Shown in pieces: positions 47,003-55,452 of a DNA stretch of 64,000 nt (position 1 is the first letter of the stretch; every line of letters begins with the position of its first letter). A program made the translations under genes and the position numbers. Location: contig MFBU01000009.1 of assembly GCA_001775055.1 (NCBI GenBank), positions 382 through 64,381 on the forward strand. Reading direction: 5' to 3'. Under the pieces are notes generated by a model. That model had not been told where the DNA came from. It made no database searches and was given only the letters and a program-made list of their open reading frames with translations. This stretch comes from Candidatus Curtissbacteria bacterium RIFCSPLOWO2_02_41_11. GTDB lineage: Bacteria; Patescibacteriota; Microgenomatia; Curtissbacterales; GWA2-41-24.

Positions 47003-49039
47003 TTATCTTCTAATTATTGCCTGGAAGGATTTGGAAAAAGCATCGATAATTTTTTCGCGAACTATTATTACCTCTTCTTGTGTTGGGGTTCGGTCGGATC
47101 GTTGATAAGTTAGTCTGAGGGTCACCGATTTTTTATCCTTACCGATTTTTTCGTCTTTAAAAATGTCGATCACATCAACCTTTTTAACTAATGGACTGCC
47201 GGCTTTTTTGACTTGGGCAATAATTTCTGCAAGTAGTGTTTTTTGGTTAAATATCGCTGAAATATCTTCAATTACAGCTGAGTATTTAGGTACCGGTTTA
47301 TACGAAAGTTGGAAGGTTGGTAGTTGGTAGATTGTCGATAAATTGATCTCGCAAGCAGCGACTTGACCTTCGAGATTAAAGTAATCGATGATCTGGTCAT
47401 TTAAGATGCCGCAAGTTCCAACAAGACTTTCTCCTACTTTGATTTGAGCAACCTCTTCTTTTTCAAAAAGATGATTTTCTCCTGTGAACTTTTGAAATTT
47501 GGGAATGCGCAAGAGTATCTCAAAAACATTTTCAACTAGGCCTTTAATCTGATAAAAATCGGCATTTTGCCAAGCGATAGCCAGCATCAAGTCTTGTTTG
47601 GGTAGATCGCCTTCATTTTTAATATAGGTTTTGGCCACTTCAAAAACTTTAATATCTTTCTCTATATTTTGATTTTCGGCAATAACTTGGGCAAGAGATA
47701 CTAGAACGGTCGGTCTCATAAATTGCCACTCGGAAGTTAAAGGGTTGGCGAGCTCAACCGCTTCTTTTTCTTTAGTTTTGGAAAGTTCAAACAGTTCTTT
47801 CGCGATAATCGAATAAGAGATAACTTCTGTTAGGCTTAAATATTTAAGGGCTTTTTTAAGCTCAATGACGCCAGCTAAATCACTCTCTCCTCCTTGGGGA
47901 ATTTGGCCTTCAGGTAGATTGGAAGGCAAATGATGATAGCCGTAAACTCTAGCAATTTCTTCAATTAAATCAACATCATCTTTAACATCAAGAATGCGCC
48001 AGCTCGGGACAACCGCACTGATAACTTGTGGTGTTGTTTTAACCGCAAACCCTAAAAGCCCCAAAATTTTAGTAGTTTTTTCGACGGAAATTTCCACACC
48101 AAGATAATTTTTAAGTTTATTTAGGGAAAGAGAAATAGTTTTTTCTACGGATTTTACGGCCGTTATATCAATTAGTTCAGAAGCAATTTTGGCATTTGAA
48201 ACTTGTTTAGTAAGATAAACTGCACGCGAGAGCGCCGGTACAATTCCTTCAAGATCAATACCCTTTTCGAATCTGGTAGCCGCTTCGGTTCTAAAAGCAA
48301 GAGCCTGACAGGTTTTTCTGATGGTTTGCGGATCGTAGGCTTGGACAAAAAGAACTACCTTTTTGGTCCTTCTGGTAATTTGGGAGTTTTCGCCTCCCAT
48401 GATCCCGCAAAGATCAATTAGTCTGCCTTCGTCTTCAATAACGATTGCTCCTTTTGGAAGTTTTTGTACTTTGCCGTCTAAAGTTTTGATTTTTTCTCCT
48501 TCGCGTGATGGGCGAAGGGTCATTTTGTGGTTTTTGATTTTGTCGAAGTCGAAGGTATGCATTGGTTGTCCGAGCTCAAGCATTATGTAATTGGAAATAT
48601 CCACAATATTATTGATTGCGCGGATACCTACGGATTCCAGTCTTTTGCAAATAATTGCCGGTGAAGGTTTTATTTTGACATTATCAACAATAATAGCTGT
48701 AAAGCGGGGGCAAAGCCGATGGTCTGTGATTTTAACATCCAAAGTTAGAGGGTTGGTTCTGTCCGGTTCTAGAGGCAAATTCAAACCTTTAGGTGAAATC
48801 AGTTCTGACTTGATGTTTTCATTTGTAAGTATGGCGTTAGCTTCACGGGCTATACCAAAGACGGAAAAAGCATCGCTGCGGTTACTGGTTACTTCGACAT
48901 CAAAAATGTAATCATCGCCGCGCTTTTCGACTCTTTCAATCGATGGGCCGGAAAGTGAAAGTAAATTGGCAATTGTTTTGGCAGCAATATTGGCCTTTAA
49001 ATAATCTCTAAGCCAAGAGACGGGAACGCGAATATTCAT
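47003..49039 (-). CDS. pheT: Phenylalanine--tRNA ligase beta subunit (lacking the B2 OB domain)
   Basis: SWLRDY, TSNRSD, NNIVDISNY, GQPMHTFD, DLIEEIARVYGY and FDX-ACB domain. Confidence 0.96.
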   Translation of the reverse strand: MNIRVPVSWLRDYLKANIAAKTIANLLSLSGPSIERVEKRGDDYIFDVEVTSNRSDAFSVFGIAREANAILTNENIKSELISPKGLNLPLEPDRTNPLTLDVKITDHRLCPRFTAIIVDNVKIKPSPAIICKRLESVGIRAINNIVDISNYIMLELGQPMHTFDFDKIKNHKMTLRPSREGEKIKTLDGKVQKLPKGAIVIEDEGRLIDLCGIMGGENSQITRRTKKVVLFVQAYDPQTIRKTCQALAFRTEAATRFEKGIDLEGIVPALSRAVYLTKQVSNAKIASELIDITAVKSVEKTISLSLNKLKNYLGVEISVEKTTKILGLLGFAVKTTPQVISAVVPSWRILDVKDDVDLIEEIARVYGYHHLPSNLPEGQIPQGGESDLAGVIELKKALKYLSLTEVISYSIIAKELFELSKTKEKEAVELANPLTSEWQFMRPTVLVSLAQVIAENQNIEKDIKVFEVAKTYIKNEGDLPKQDLMLAIAWQNADFYQIKGLVENVFEILLRIPKFQKFTGENHLFEKEEVAQIKVGESLVGTCGILNDQIIDYFNLEGQVAACEINLSTIYQLPTFQLSYKPVPKYSAVIEDISAIFNQKTLLAEIIAQVKKAGSPLVKKVDVIDIFKDEKIGKDKKSVTLRLTYQRSDRTPTQEEVIIVREKIIDAFSKSFQAIIRR

Positions 49040-50061
49040 TAAAATTGTTCTAAGAATCTTATGTCGTTTTGATATAAAAGCCTGATATCGCCGATTCCGG
49101 TTTTTATGGCAATCGTGCGTTCAATACCCCAACCGAAAGCAAAACCTGTATATTTATGAGGATTAATGTTGCCGGCTTCAAGGACTTTCGGATGGACCAT
49201 GCCGGCTCCTCCTAACTCGACCCAACCGGATTTACAAAAACGACAGCCAGATCCTTGGCAGACTCCGCAAGTAACATCTACTTCAAATGACGGTTCAGTG
49301 AAACGGAAATAATGCGGTCTAAGACGCATCTGGCGTTTTGGCCCGAAAAATTTTGCGGTGAAATAATTAAGAGTACCCTTGAGATTAGCAATGGTGATGT
49401 ATTCATCAATAAAAAGCCCTTCGAATTGATGAAACATCGGTGTATGAGAAACATCAATTTGTCTCCTGTAGCAACGGGCGATATTAAGCATTCTAATAGG
49501 CGGTTTTTTTAACTTTTCCATTTCCCTTACTTGACCGTTAGAGGTATGGGGGGTTAAGACTTGACTGCCAAAATGAGGTTTGGGTGCAGATTTTATGAAA
49601 AAGGTTTCCCAATCGTCTCTGGCTGGATGATTTTTGGGCATGTTTAAAGATTCAAAAGCATACCAGTCCCAATCCACTTCCGGGTAACTCTCAAGAGAAA
49701 AGCCGAGTTTAGAAAAAATGGCAACTATTTCGTCAATTGCTTGGGAAATTAGATGAAGATGGCCTAATTTTAATTTTTTGCCGGGAGCAGTTATGTCGAT
49801 AAATTCCTTCGGCCTTTTCTTTTTGAGAAAGTTGTGTCTTTGTTCAAATGTTTTCTCTATTTCCTTTTTAGCTTCGTTGAGAAGTTGGCCTATTTTGGGC
49901 TTTTTTGATTTGGGTATTGAGGAGAGTTGTTTGGTAAGATTTGTGAATGTTCCACTTTTACCGAAAATTTCAAGGTATATTTTTTCTAGATCGGCAAGGA
50001 CACTTGCTGAGTTAATACCTGTACGGGCATGTGTTGCTAACTTTTTTATTTCTTTATCCAT
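49039..50061 (-). CDS. pheS: Phenylalanine--tRNA ligase alpha subunit
   Basis: HPARD, HTPMFHQFEG, FRFTEPS and GFAFGWGIER motifs. Confidence 0.98.
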   Translation of the reverse strand: MDKEIKKLATHARTGINSASVLADLEKIYLEIFGKSGTFTNLTKQLSSIPKSKKPKIGQLLNEAKKEIEKTFEQRHNFLKKKRPKEFIDITAPGKKLKLGHLHLISQAIDEIVAIFSKLGFSLESYPEVDWDWYAFESLNMPKNHPARDDWETFFIKSAPKPHFGSQVLTPHTSNGQVREMEKLKKPPIRMLNIARCYRRQIDVSHTPMFHQFEGLFIDEYITIANLKGTLNYFTAKFFGPKRQMRLRPHYFRFTEPSFEVDVTCGVCQGSGCRFCKSGWVELGGAGMVHPKVLEAGNINPHKYTGFAFGWGIERTIAIKTGIGDIRLLYQNDIRFLEQF

Positions 50062-50076
50062 GGGGAAATTTTAACA

Positions 50077-50120
50077 CAAAAATACCTCTCGAACTTAAAA
50101 AATGCTTTAAGAACGAGAGG
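50077..50120 (-). terminator. Hairpin + T-tract between rplT and pheS
   Basis: CCTCTCG..TTAAAG...TTTAAG..CGAGAGG-TATTTTT on the minus strand. Confidence 0.55.
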
Positions 50121-50164
50121 CGAAATGATTTATATCAATTGAAAATTTTTTTGTCAACTCCGCA

Positions 50165-50506
50165 CTAGCTAACTTTTTTGACAATTTCATCAAAAGCTTG
50201 CGGGTCTTCGATGGCAATTTGAGAAAGAATTTTACGGTCCAGTTCTATTTTTTTGGATTTAAGCTTGTTAATGAATTGACTGTAAGAAAGATTGTGGGGT
50301 GTAAGCGCACCGTTGATTCTGGTAATCCAAAGAGACCTATTTGTGCGTTTTTTTTCTTTTCGACCGCGGTAGGCATCGACTCCGGCATGAATGACTGCTT
50401 CTTTGGCGAGTTTTATAAGTTTTGATCTGCCACCACGATAACCTTTGGCATGAGCTAAAAGCTTTTTATGTCTTTTGTGAGTGGTTACTCCTCGTTTGAC
50501 GCGCAT
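50165..50506 (-). CDS. rplT: 50S ribosomal protein L20
   Basis: MRVKRG, AKGYRG, LWITRIN and LDRKILS motifs. Confidence 0.98.
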   Translation of the reverse strand: MRVKRGVTTHKRHKKLLAHAKGYRGGRSKLIKLAKEAVIHAGVDAYRGRKEKKRTNRSLWITRINGALTPHNLSYSQFINKLKSKKIELDRKILSQIAIEDPQAFDEIVKKVS

Positions 50507-50514
50507 AATGGTAA

Positions 50515-50608
50515 GAGTACCATGGGAATCAAGGGTATCAAGAGTATCATGAGCTTTTTGATTTATAGCTCTTGGTACCCGTGGTACTCTTGGAACCCGT
50601 GATACTTT
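50515..50608 (-). repeat. 9-mer hairpin element between rpmI and rplT
   Basis: gagtaccat gggaatcaa gggtatcaa gagtatcat gagctttttgatttatagctc ttggtaccc gtggtactc ttggaaccc gtgatactt. Confidence 0.88.
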
Positions 50609-50610
50609 TT

Positions 50611-50805
50611 CTAATCATAGGGCATTAGTCTTTCAATTCTTTTCTTTTCCGGTTTTGAAATGTAGGCAATTCGTTTGTATCGCACCTTGGCGCTTTTGGT
50701 TTTTGCGGCTTTGAGATGACCGGCCATTTGGCGTCTTCTTAAAATTTTGCCGCTTTTTGTAATTTTAAAGCGTTTGGCTGCTGCTTTCTTGGTTTTTTGT
50801 TTCAT
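50611..50805 (-). CDS. rpmI: 50S ribosomal protein L35
   Basis: KQKTKKAAAKRFKIT.SGK; conserved position between infC and rplT. Confidence 0.97.
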   Translation of the reverse strand: MKQKTKKAAAKRFKITKSGKILRRRQMAGHLKAAKTKSAKVRYKRIAYISKPEKKRIERLMPYD

Positions 50806-50810
50806 ATTCG

Positions 50811-50881
50811 AACTTTAAACTGTAAACTTTAAACTTGAAACTAATTTTATGTTGCAGGTTTATTGTTTCCGGTTTCTGGTT
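50811..50881. repeat. 5+5 heptamer hairpin at the infC/rpmI junction (AACYNNA family)
   Basis: aacttta aactgta aacttta aacttga aactaat / ttatgtt gcaggtt tattgtt tccggtt tctggtt. Confidence 0.8.
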
Positions 50882-51431
50882 GTTTTGAGTGAGTTCTTAC
50901 TGGTTTGATTATAGTGACAAACCTTCTTCCTTCGAATTTTGCTTCTCTTTCCGTTACGGCTATATCTGAAAGCTCTCTTAGAATTCTTTCCAAAAGTTTT
51001 GGCCCGAATTCAGTATGAGCCATCTGTCTTCCCATAAAGACTATTGATATTTTAACCAGATCGCCTACAGAAAGAAATTTTTTAACTCTTTCCAGCGCGG
51101 TTTGTAAATCATGCTCGCCTATAAACGGCGAAAAACGAACTTCTTTAAGTTCTGCCTGCTTGGTGTGTTTTCTGGCTTCTTTTTCCTTTTTTTCTTCTAA
51201 ATATCTGAATTTTTTAAAATCGACTATTTTGACGACCGGTGGCTTGGCGTTTGATGCTATTTCAACTAAATCCAAATTTATTTCTTGAGCTTTTTTTAAA
51301 GCTTCAGGAAGCGATAAAATTCCAATTTGTTTATGTTCTTGGTCGATGACCCGAACTTGATTTGCCCTAATTTGGTGATTTATTCTAAATTGTTTCTTGA
51401 CGGCCAGCCTCCTAATAATAGACTTGGCGAT
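50847..51431 (-). CDS. infC: Translation initiation factor IF-3 with non-canonical start
   Basis: The frame stays open upstream of the track start and encodes RINHQIRANQVRVID. It has no ATG/GTG/TTG; candidate starts are ATC 51431, ATT 51419/51416, or GTC 51401 after AGGAGG. Confidence 0.9.
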   Translation of the reverse strand: MAKSIIRRLAVKKQFRINHQIRANQVRVIDQEHKQIGILSLPEALKKAQEINLDLVEIASNAKPPVVKIVDFKKFRYLEEKKEKEARKHTKQAELKEVRFSPFIGEHDLQTALERVKKFLSVGDLVKISIVFMGRQMAHTEFGPKLLERILRELSDIAVTEREAKFEGRRFVTIIKPVRTHSKQPETGNNKPAT

Positions 51432-51464
51432 ATTATCATGTTTAGTGAATCGTTGGCAAGAAAA

Positions 51465-52649
51465 TTATGTGTTGGAGTTTTCACCGGCGATCTTTTTTTT
51501 AAAGGCGCTGATTTCCATTTGTCCAAGATCTTTGCCCTCACGAGTACGCACGGCAATTTTTTGGCCCTCTTTTTCTTTTTCTCCGATTACCAAAAGATAA
51601 GGAATTTTTTGCAAAGTTGCATTTCTGATTTTTGCCTCTAGTCTTTCGTTTCTTAAGTCAATTTCTGTGCGGATGTTGGCGACTTTAAGTTCTTCAAAAA
51701 CTTTATGGGCGTATGAGGCGACTTTATCGGAAATTGGCAAGATGACTACCTGAATGGGTGAAAGCCAAAAAGACAGATTGCCTTGAGTGTGTTCAAGCAA
51801 AATACCGATGAAGCGCTCGAGGGATCCAAAAATTCCCCGATGGATCATGGCAGGCCGCTCCTTTTGTCCGTCTTGATTGATAAAGGAAAGGTTCATGCTT
51901 TGGGGGATTTGAAAATCAAGCTGGATGGTAGCTAGTTGCCAGTCGCGGCCTTGGGAGTCATTGATGTGGATGTCGATTTTTGGACCATAAAAGGCGCCCT
52001 CCTTGAGTTTCATGCCAAATTTGACCTTAGCGCTCTTGAGGGCTTCTTCTAAATCTTTCTCGGCCTCTTGCCAGCTTTTTGTATCCCCCATTGCTTTTTC
52101 AGGTCGGGTCGCCAGATAGAATTTTGGTACAAAATCCAGTGTTTTATAAACATCCATTACCAAGAGTAATAATTTGTGTATTTCTTCTTGGATTTGATCT
52201 CGTCTAACAAAAAGATGGGCATCATCAATAACGAATTGACGGACCCGCAATAAGCCCCCTAAAACACCCGAAAGTTCATTTCTATGGAGAATTCCAAACT
52301 CGGAAAGCTTGAGTGGTAAATCATGGTAGCTTCTGATTTTAGAAGAATAAACAATTGTTGATTCTGGGCAATTCATTGGTTTTAAGGAATAATCCTCTTT
52401 ATCAACTTTTAGATTGAAGATGTCATCGCCAAAGTGTTCCCAGTGGCCTGATTGTTTAAAAAGAGCGGATTTAACCATAACGGGTGTGGAGGTTTCCATA
52501 TAACCTTCATCTTTGGTTTTTTCTCTAATGAAGTTGACAAGGGTCTGATAGATCAACCAGCCTTTTGGGTGCCAGAAAATCGCACCTGGTGCGAATTGGT
52601 GGAATGAAAAAAGATCGAGTTCGCGGCCAATTTGCCGGTGGTCTTTCAT
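51465..52649 (-). CDS. thrS: Threonine--tRNA ligase, short form without TGS/editing domains
   Basis: Begins at DHR.IG..LDLF; KPMNCP, LRVRQF..DDAH and GAFYGPKID motifs. Confidence 0.97.
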   Translation of the reverse strand: MKDHRQIGRELDLFSFHQFAPGAIFWHPKGWLIYQTLVNFIREKTKDEGYMETSTPVMVKSALFKQSGHWEHFGDDIFNLKVDKEDYSLKPMNCPESTIVYSSKIRSYHDLPLKLSEFGILHRNELSGVLGGLLRVRQFVIDDAHLFVRRDQIQEEIHKLLLLVMDVYKTLDFVPKFYLATRPEKAMGDTKSWQEAEKDLEEALKSAKVKFGMKLKEGAFYGPKIDIHINDSQGRDWQLATIQLDFQIPQSMNLSFINQDGQKERPAMIHRGIFGSLERFIGILLEHTQGNLSFWLSPIQVVILPISDKVASYAHKVFEELKVANIRTEIDLRNERLEAKIRNATLQKIPYLLVIGEKEKEGQKIAVRTREGKDLGQMEISAFKKKIAGENSNT

Positions 52650-52658
52650 TGTTTTCGG

Positions 52659-52928
52659 TTATTGGACTGGCATTTGTACTTTAGAAGTTGCATCCTGAAG
52701 GATTTGGGCAACCCAAGTACCAATGATTGGAATAAGGTTTATTTTTGAAACAAAGTATCCGGCAGCCATTGCCAAAATAGCTAGACCTACAAAAGTCCCA
52801 AAACTCCAGGCAAGTCCGCCCAGAAAATTATCAAGCAAAATCTTCCAGCGGCTTTTGTAGGGCTGCAAGTATTTATTGGCACCGGTTGCCTTTTGTGGTT
52901 CCTGTTCTGCTTGTTGGTTAGGGTCCAT
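52659..52928 (-). CDS. Small membrane protein (tentatively DUF5665-like)
   Basis: NFLGGLAWSFG + TM helix + IPIIG. Confidence 0.65.
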   Translation of the reverse strand: MDPNQQAEQEPQKATGANKYLQPYKSRWKILLDNFLGGLAWSFGTFVGLAILAMAAGYFVSKINLIPIIGTWVAQILQDATSKVQMPVQ

Positions 52929-52974
52929 AAGTTAATTCTAAGCTAAATTATTGAAGTACTGCAAGGAAATAATG

Positions 52975-53316
52975 TTAGACTGGTGTCTCGATGGGAGTTG
53001 ATTTTCTTTGTTTTTCTAGTTCTTTTCTGTTTCTAATTTGATAGTAAAGTTTAACTCTGCTTTCCAGATCATAAGGCGGCTCTTTATTTAAAAGTTCATA
53101 ATATACTTCTACCCATTGGGATTTTCCAAGAGCTACTTCGTCACCAGTTTCAGGATCTACAGCTTTATAAGGGAAGTTAGCGATATCTGTACCTACGATT
53201 TGTACCATTCTTATACTTTTTATTGTACCGTCCCTTCTTCGTGTTAGTTTTTGATAAAAGACTGGGTTAGAACGACCATCAGGGTTAGGACCTATTTCTT
53301 GCGATGATTCATTCAT
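52975..53316 (-). CDS. Hypothetical protein
   Basis: Probable start ATG 53316 (MNESSQE). Confidence 0.55.
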   Translation of the reverse strand: MNESSQEIGPNPDGRSNPVFYQKLTRRRDGTIKSIRMVQIVGTDIANFPYKAVDPETGDEVALGKSQWVEVYYELLNKEPPYDLESRVKLYYQIRNRKELEKQRKSTPIETPV

Positions 53317-53318
53317 TT

Positions 53319-53669
53319 CTATCCCCACCAAATTTCCTTTATGCGGCTATTTTCTTTATCAACGCCAAAGAATTTTAGACAATAATCAAGGGCGAGTTCT
53401 TTATTAAATTCCTTACAAGAGAAGATATCAATGAGGGCTTCATCGTATTTGGTAAATGAGTGAACCGAGATATCGGAATAATCAATGATGACAACAGCTG
53501 ATAGACCGGGGTTTTCGGGAAGACCTTCGGCAATTATTGGCCCTTCCAAAATTGTCATATTAAGCATTTTGACAAAACCTTCGAGGAATTCGCGGATAGC
53601 CTGTTTATCTTTGATTTTTTCGTTGCAGTTTTTAAGATCGCAGATGATGTGGTAGCGTTTTGTTTGCAT
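53319..53669 (-). CDS. speD: S-adenosylmethionine decarboxylase-like proenzyme
   Basis: HIICDL..C, GLSAVVII..S.ISVH and IDIFSCKEF motifs. Confidence 0.8.
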   Translation of the reverse strand: MQTKRYHIICDLKNCNEKIKDKQAIREFLEGFVKMLNMTILEGPIIAEGLPENPGLSAVVIIDYSDISVHSFTKYDEALIDIFSCKEFNKELALDYCLKFFGVDKENSRIKEIWWG

Positions 53670-53763
53670 TTCAAGTTTTATTGTAAGTGAAAATGCTTAC
53701 TTGAGCAAGAAGAGATGATTTGAATGTATTTGAGATTTCTTGTAAAATCATCTGTGGCTCATC

Positions 53764-53837
53764 GGGCTCATAGCTCAGTTGGTTAGAGCGTCACGTTGAC
53801 ATCGTGGAGGTCAGAGGTTCAAATCCTCTTGAGCCCA
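53764..53837 (+). tRNA. tRNA-Val(GAC)
   Basis: GGGCTCA/TGAGCCC acceptor stem, anticodon loop TTGACAT, T-loop GGTTCAAATCC; CCA not encoded. Confidence 0.96.
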
Positions 53838-53872
53838 CATTGTGAAACTTTGGAGCATTTCTATTTTGGGAT

Positions 53873-54355
53873 TTACTCCACCCCACCTATATGATCAATC
53901 ATTTCTTGAGTAGGACCCTTTATGGAGTAATTTGTTGCGAGTCTTCGGAGTTGTTCTTCGCTTGTATCAGTAGTATTTCCTACGGGACTATAAAAATAAG
54001 GTAATCCTTGTTCATTCAATCTTAAAGAAACAACATAGTATTCAATTTTCTTCCAATAAGGTTTGTACTGGTCAATAGTTCTTTCGACAGTCCAGCTGGC
54101 AAGCAAGCTATTATCAAAAGGACGGAATTCTGAATTAAATAAAACAGCCTGTCCATCTAATTGGAAGACTTCATCGTTTTGTCTGAACGTTGTTCTGTAT
54201 CCAAAACGCCCCCATCCTTTTCGAGCTAAGTTTCTAATAACCGCATCCGTGTATTTTTTAACTGGCGTTAAATGTTCTGCAACTTTTTTTCTTTGAGCAG
54301 AAGTTTGTTCTTCATTTTTAATTAAATTTCTTGGTAGGCTTTCTTGATCTTTCAT
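53873..54355 (-). CDS. Hypothetical protein
   Basis: 160-aa ORF convergent on tRNA-Val. Confidence 0.6.
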   Translation of the reverse strand: MKDQESLPRNLIKNEEQTSAQRKKVAEHLTPVKKYTDAVIRNLARKGWGRFGYRTTFRQNDEVFQLDGQAVLFNSEFRPFDNSLLASWTVERTIDQYKPYWKKIEYYVVSLRLNEQGLPYFYSPVGNTTDTSEEQLRRLATNYSIKGPTQEMIDHIGGVE

Positions 54356-54396
54356 TGTTATACGGCGTCTATTGTTATCCTTGGAGTTGTAAAGTG

Positions 54397-54416
54397 TCCT
54401 TCGGTAGCGCTCAGGA
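54397..54416 (-). repeat. Tandem-GA REP-like hairpin
   Basis: Minus strand reads TCCT-GA-GCGCTACC-GA-AGGA. Confidence 0.55.
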
Positions 54417-54420
54417 TACT

Positions 54421-55032
54421 TTACCCTTGCAATTGTAAAGTACCTTGTTCGTAGACTTTCATTTGCTTACCAGAAACCCAAGCCAGCATGCCGGTCGTGC
54501 GTTTGGCATTTTGTCTTTGGGCAACAAGCTCTTGAGCGCTTTTTGACTCTTCCGCTTTAATCCTTAAATATCTGACAATTGAAGTTAGTCTTTTTATGTC
54601 CAAGATCCCCACTTTTTTAGGTGTTGTTTCGATATGTGCTTTGGTTTCAACTCCAGCTGCTTTGGCCAATTTGGCGACTTCTGTCTGAAGCTGGCCGAAT
54701 TCTTCTTTCAGTTGTGTCTGTTCCTTTTGTGATCTGTTTTCTTGAACTCTGTATTCGTTTTGAATGACGCTAAATAATTCCGAAGCTTTTGATTGTGAGT
54801 CTTGATCGTCTTTATTTCCCATCTCATCAAGTCTTTGTTTATTTCTGGCCCTTTGCAGTTCTTCATGGGCAATAGCTTGGGGATTCTTGCCAACTCCCCT
54901 TTTAGTACCAAAAAAACTACCCAGTTCCGAAGCTGCTTCCTCAAGCATTGGCCCGGCAACTTGAGATTTAAGAGTTTCCAATGGCTCAAATGCGGCTTGT
55001 GCCACACCTTTAGCAACCTGTGTTGGTTTCAT
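54421..55032 (-). CDS. Hypothetical coiled-coil protein
   Basis: 203-aa helical, charged ORF. Confidence 0.7.
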   Translation of the reverse strand: MKPTQVAKGVAQAAFEPLETLKSQVAGPMLEEAASELGSFFGTKRGVGKNPQAIAHEELQRARNKQRLDEMGNKDDQDSQSKASELFSVIQNEYRVQENRSQKEQTQLKEEFGQLQTEVAKLAKAAGVETKAHIETTPKKVGILDIKRLTSIVRYLRIKAEESKSAQELVAQRQNAKRTTGMLAWVSGKQMKVYEQGTLQLQG

Positions 55033-55047
55033 GTCATGCGTATTTTA

Positions 55048-55452
55048 TTACTTTTCAAAGCTAATATCAAGTTGGACTTGGGGAGACGCTAATTTTTTTT
55101 GATAGTCGCGAAAATTATCGAGTTGATTATTATAAGTTTCTATTTCTTTTGAAAGATCGGCAAATTGCGGATTAATCAAAGACTTGGGACTGGTTGTTGT
55201 TGTTAGCGGTGGAGGTGCCGTGACGATTTCGTCTTGGCCTTTTGATGAAAGCAAAAGCAATCCGAGGTAAATAACAAAAATAAGACCAACAAGACTAACC
55301 AAGGTAATTAACTTTGGCTTTTTAAGCGTAAGATGAATCTTAATTTTCGGCAGTTTCAGCTTAGGACATTCATTTTTCTGATTAACTGGTTCTGAAATGT
55401 TCTCTTCAGTAATGATTTCTTGTTCCATTGGGCCGGTACTTTCAATGTTCAT
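55048..55452 (-). CDS. Hypothetical single-TM protein
   Basis: One TM helix plus Pro/Thr linker. Confidence 0.65.
   Translation of the reverse strand: MNIESTGPMEQEIITEENISEPVNQKNECPKLKLPKIKIHLTLKKPKLITLVSLVGLIFVIYLGLLLLSSKGQDEIVTAPPPLTTTTSPKSLINPQFADLSKEIETYNNQLDNFRDYQKKLASPQVQLDISFEK

Noticed and set aside
25152-50608. 9-mer and 7-mer arrays as CRISPR arrays
   Set aside because: No 23-47-nt repeats separated by unique spacers, and no cas genes in the window.
53755-53771. ggctcat duplication at the 5' end of tRNA-Val as an att site
   Set aside because: Only 7 nt, and no integrase adjacent.
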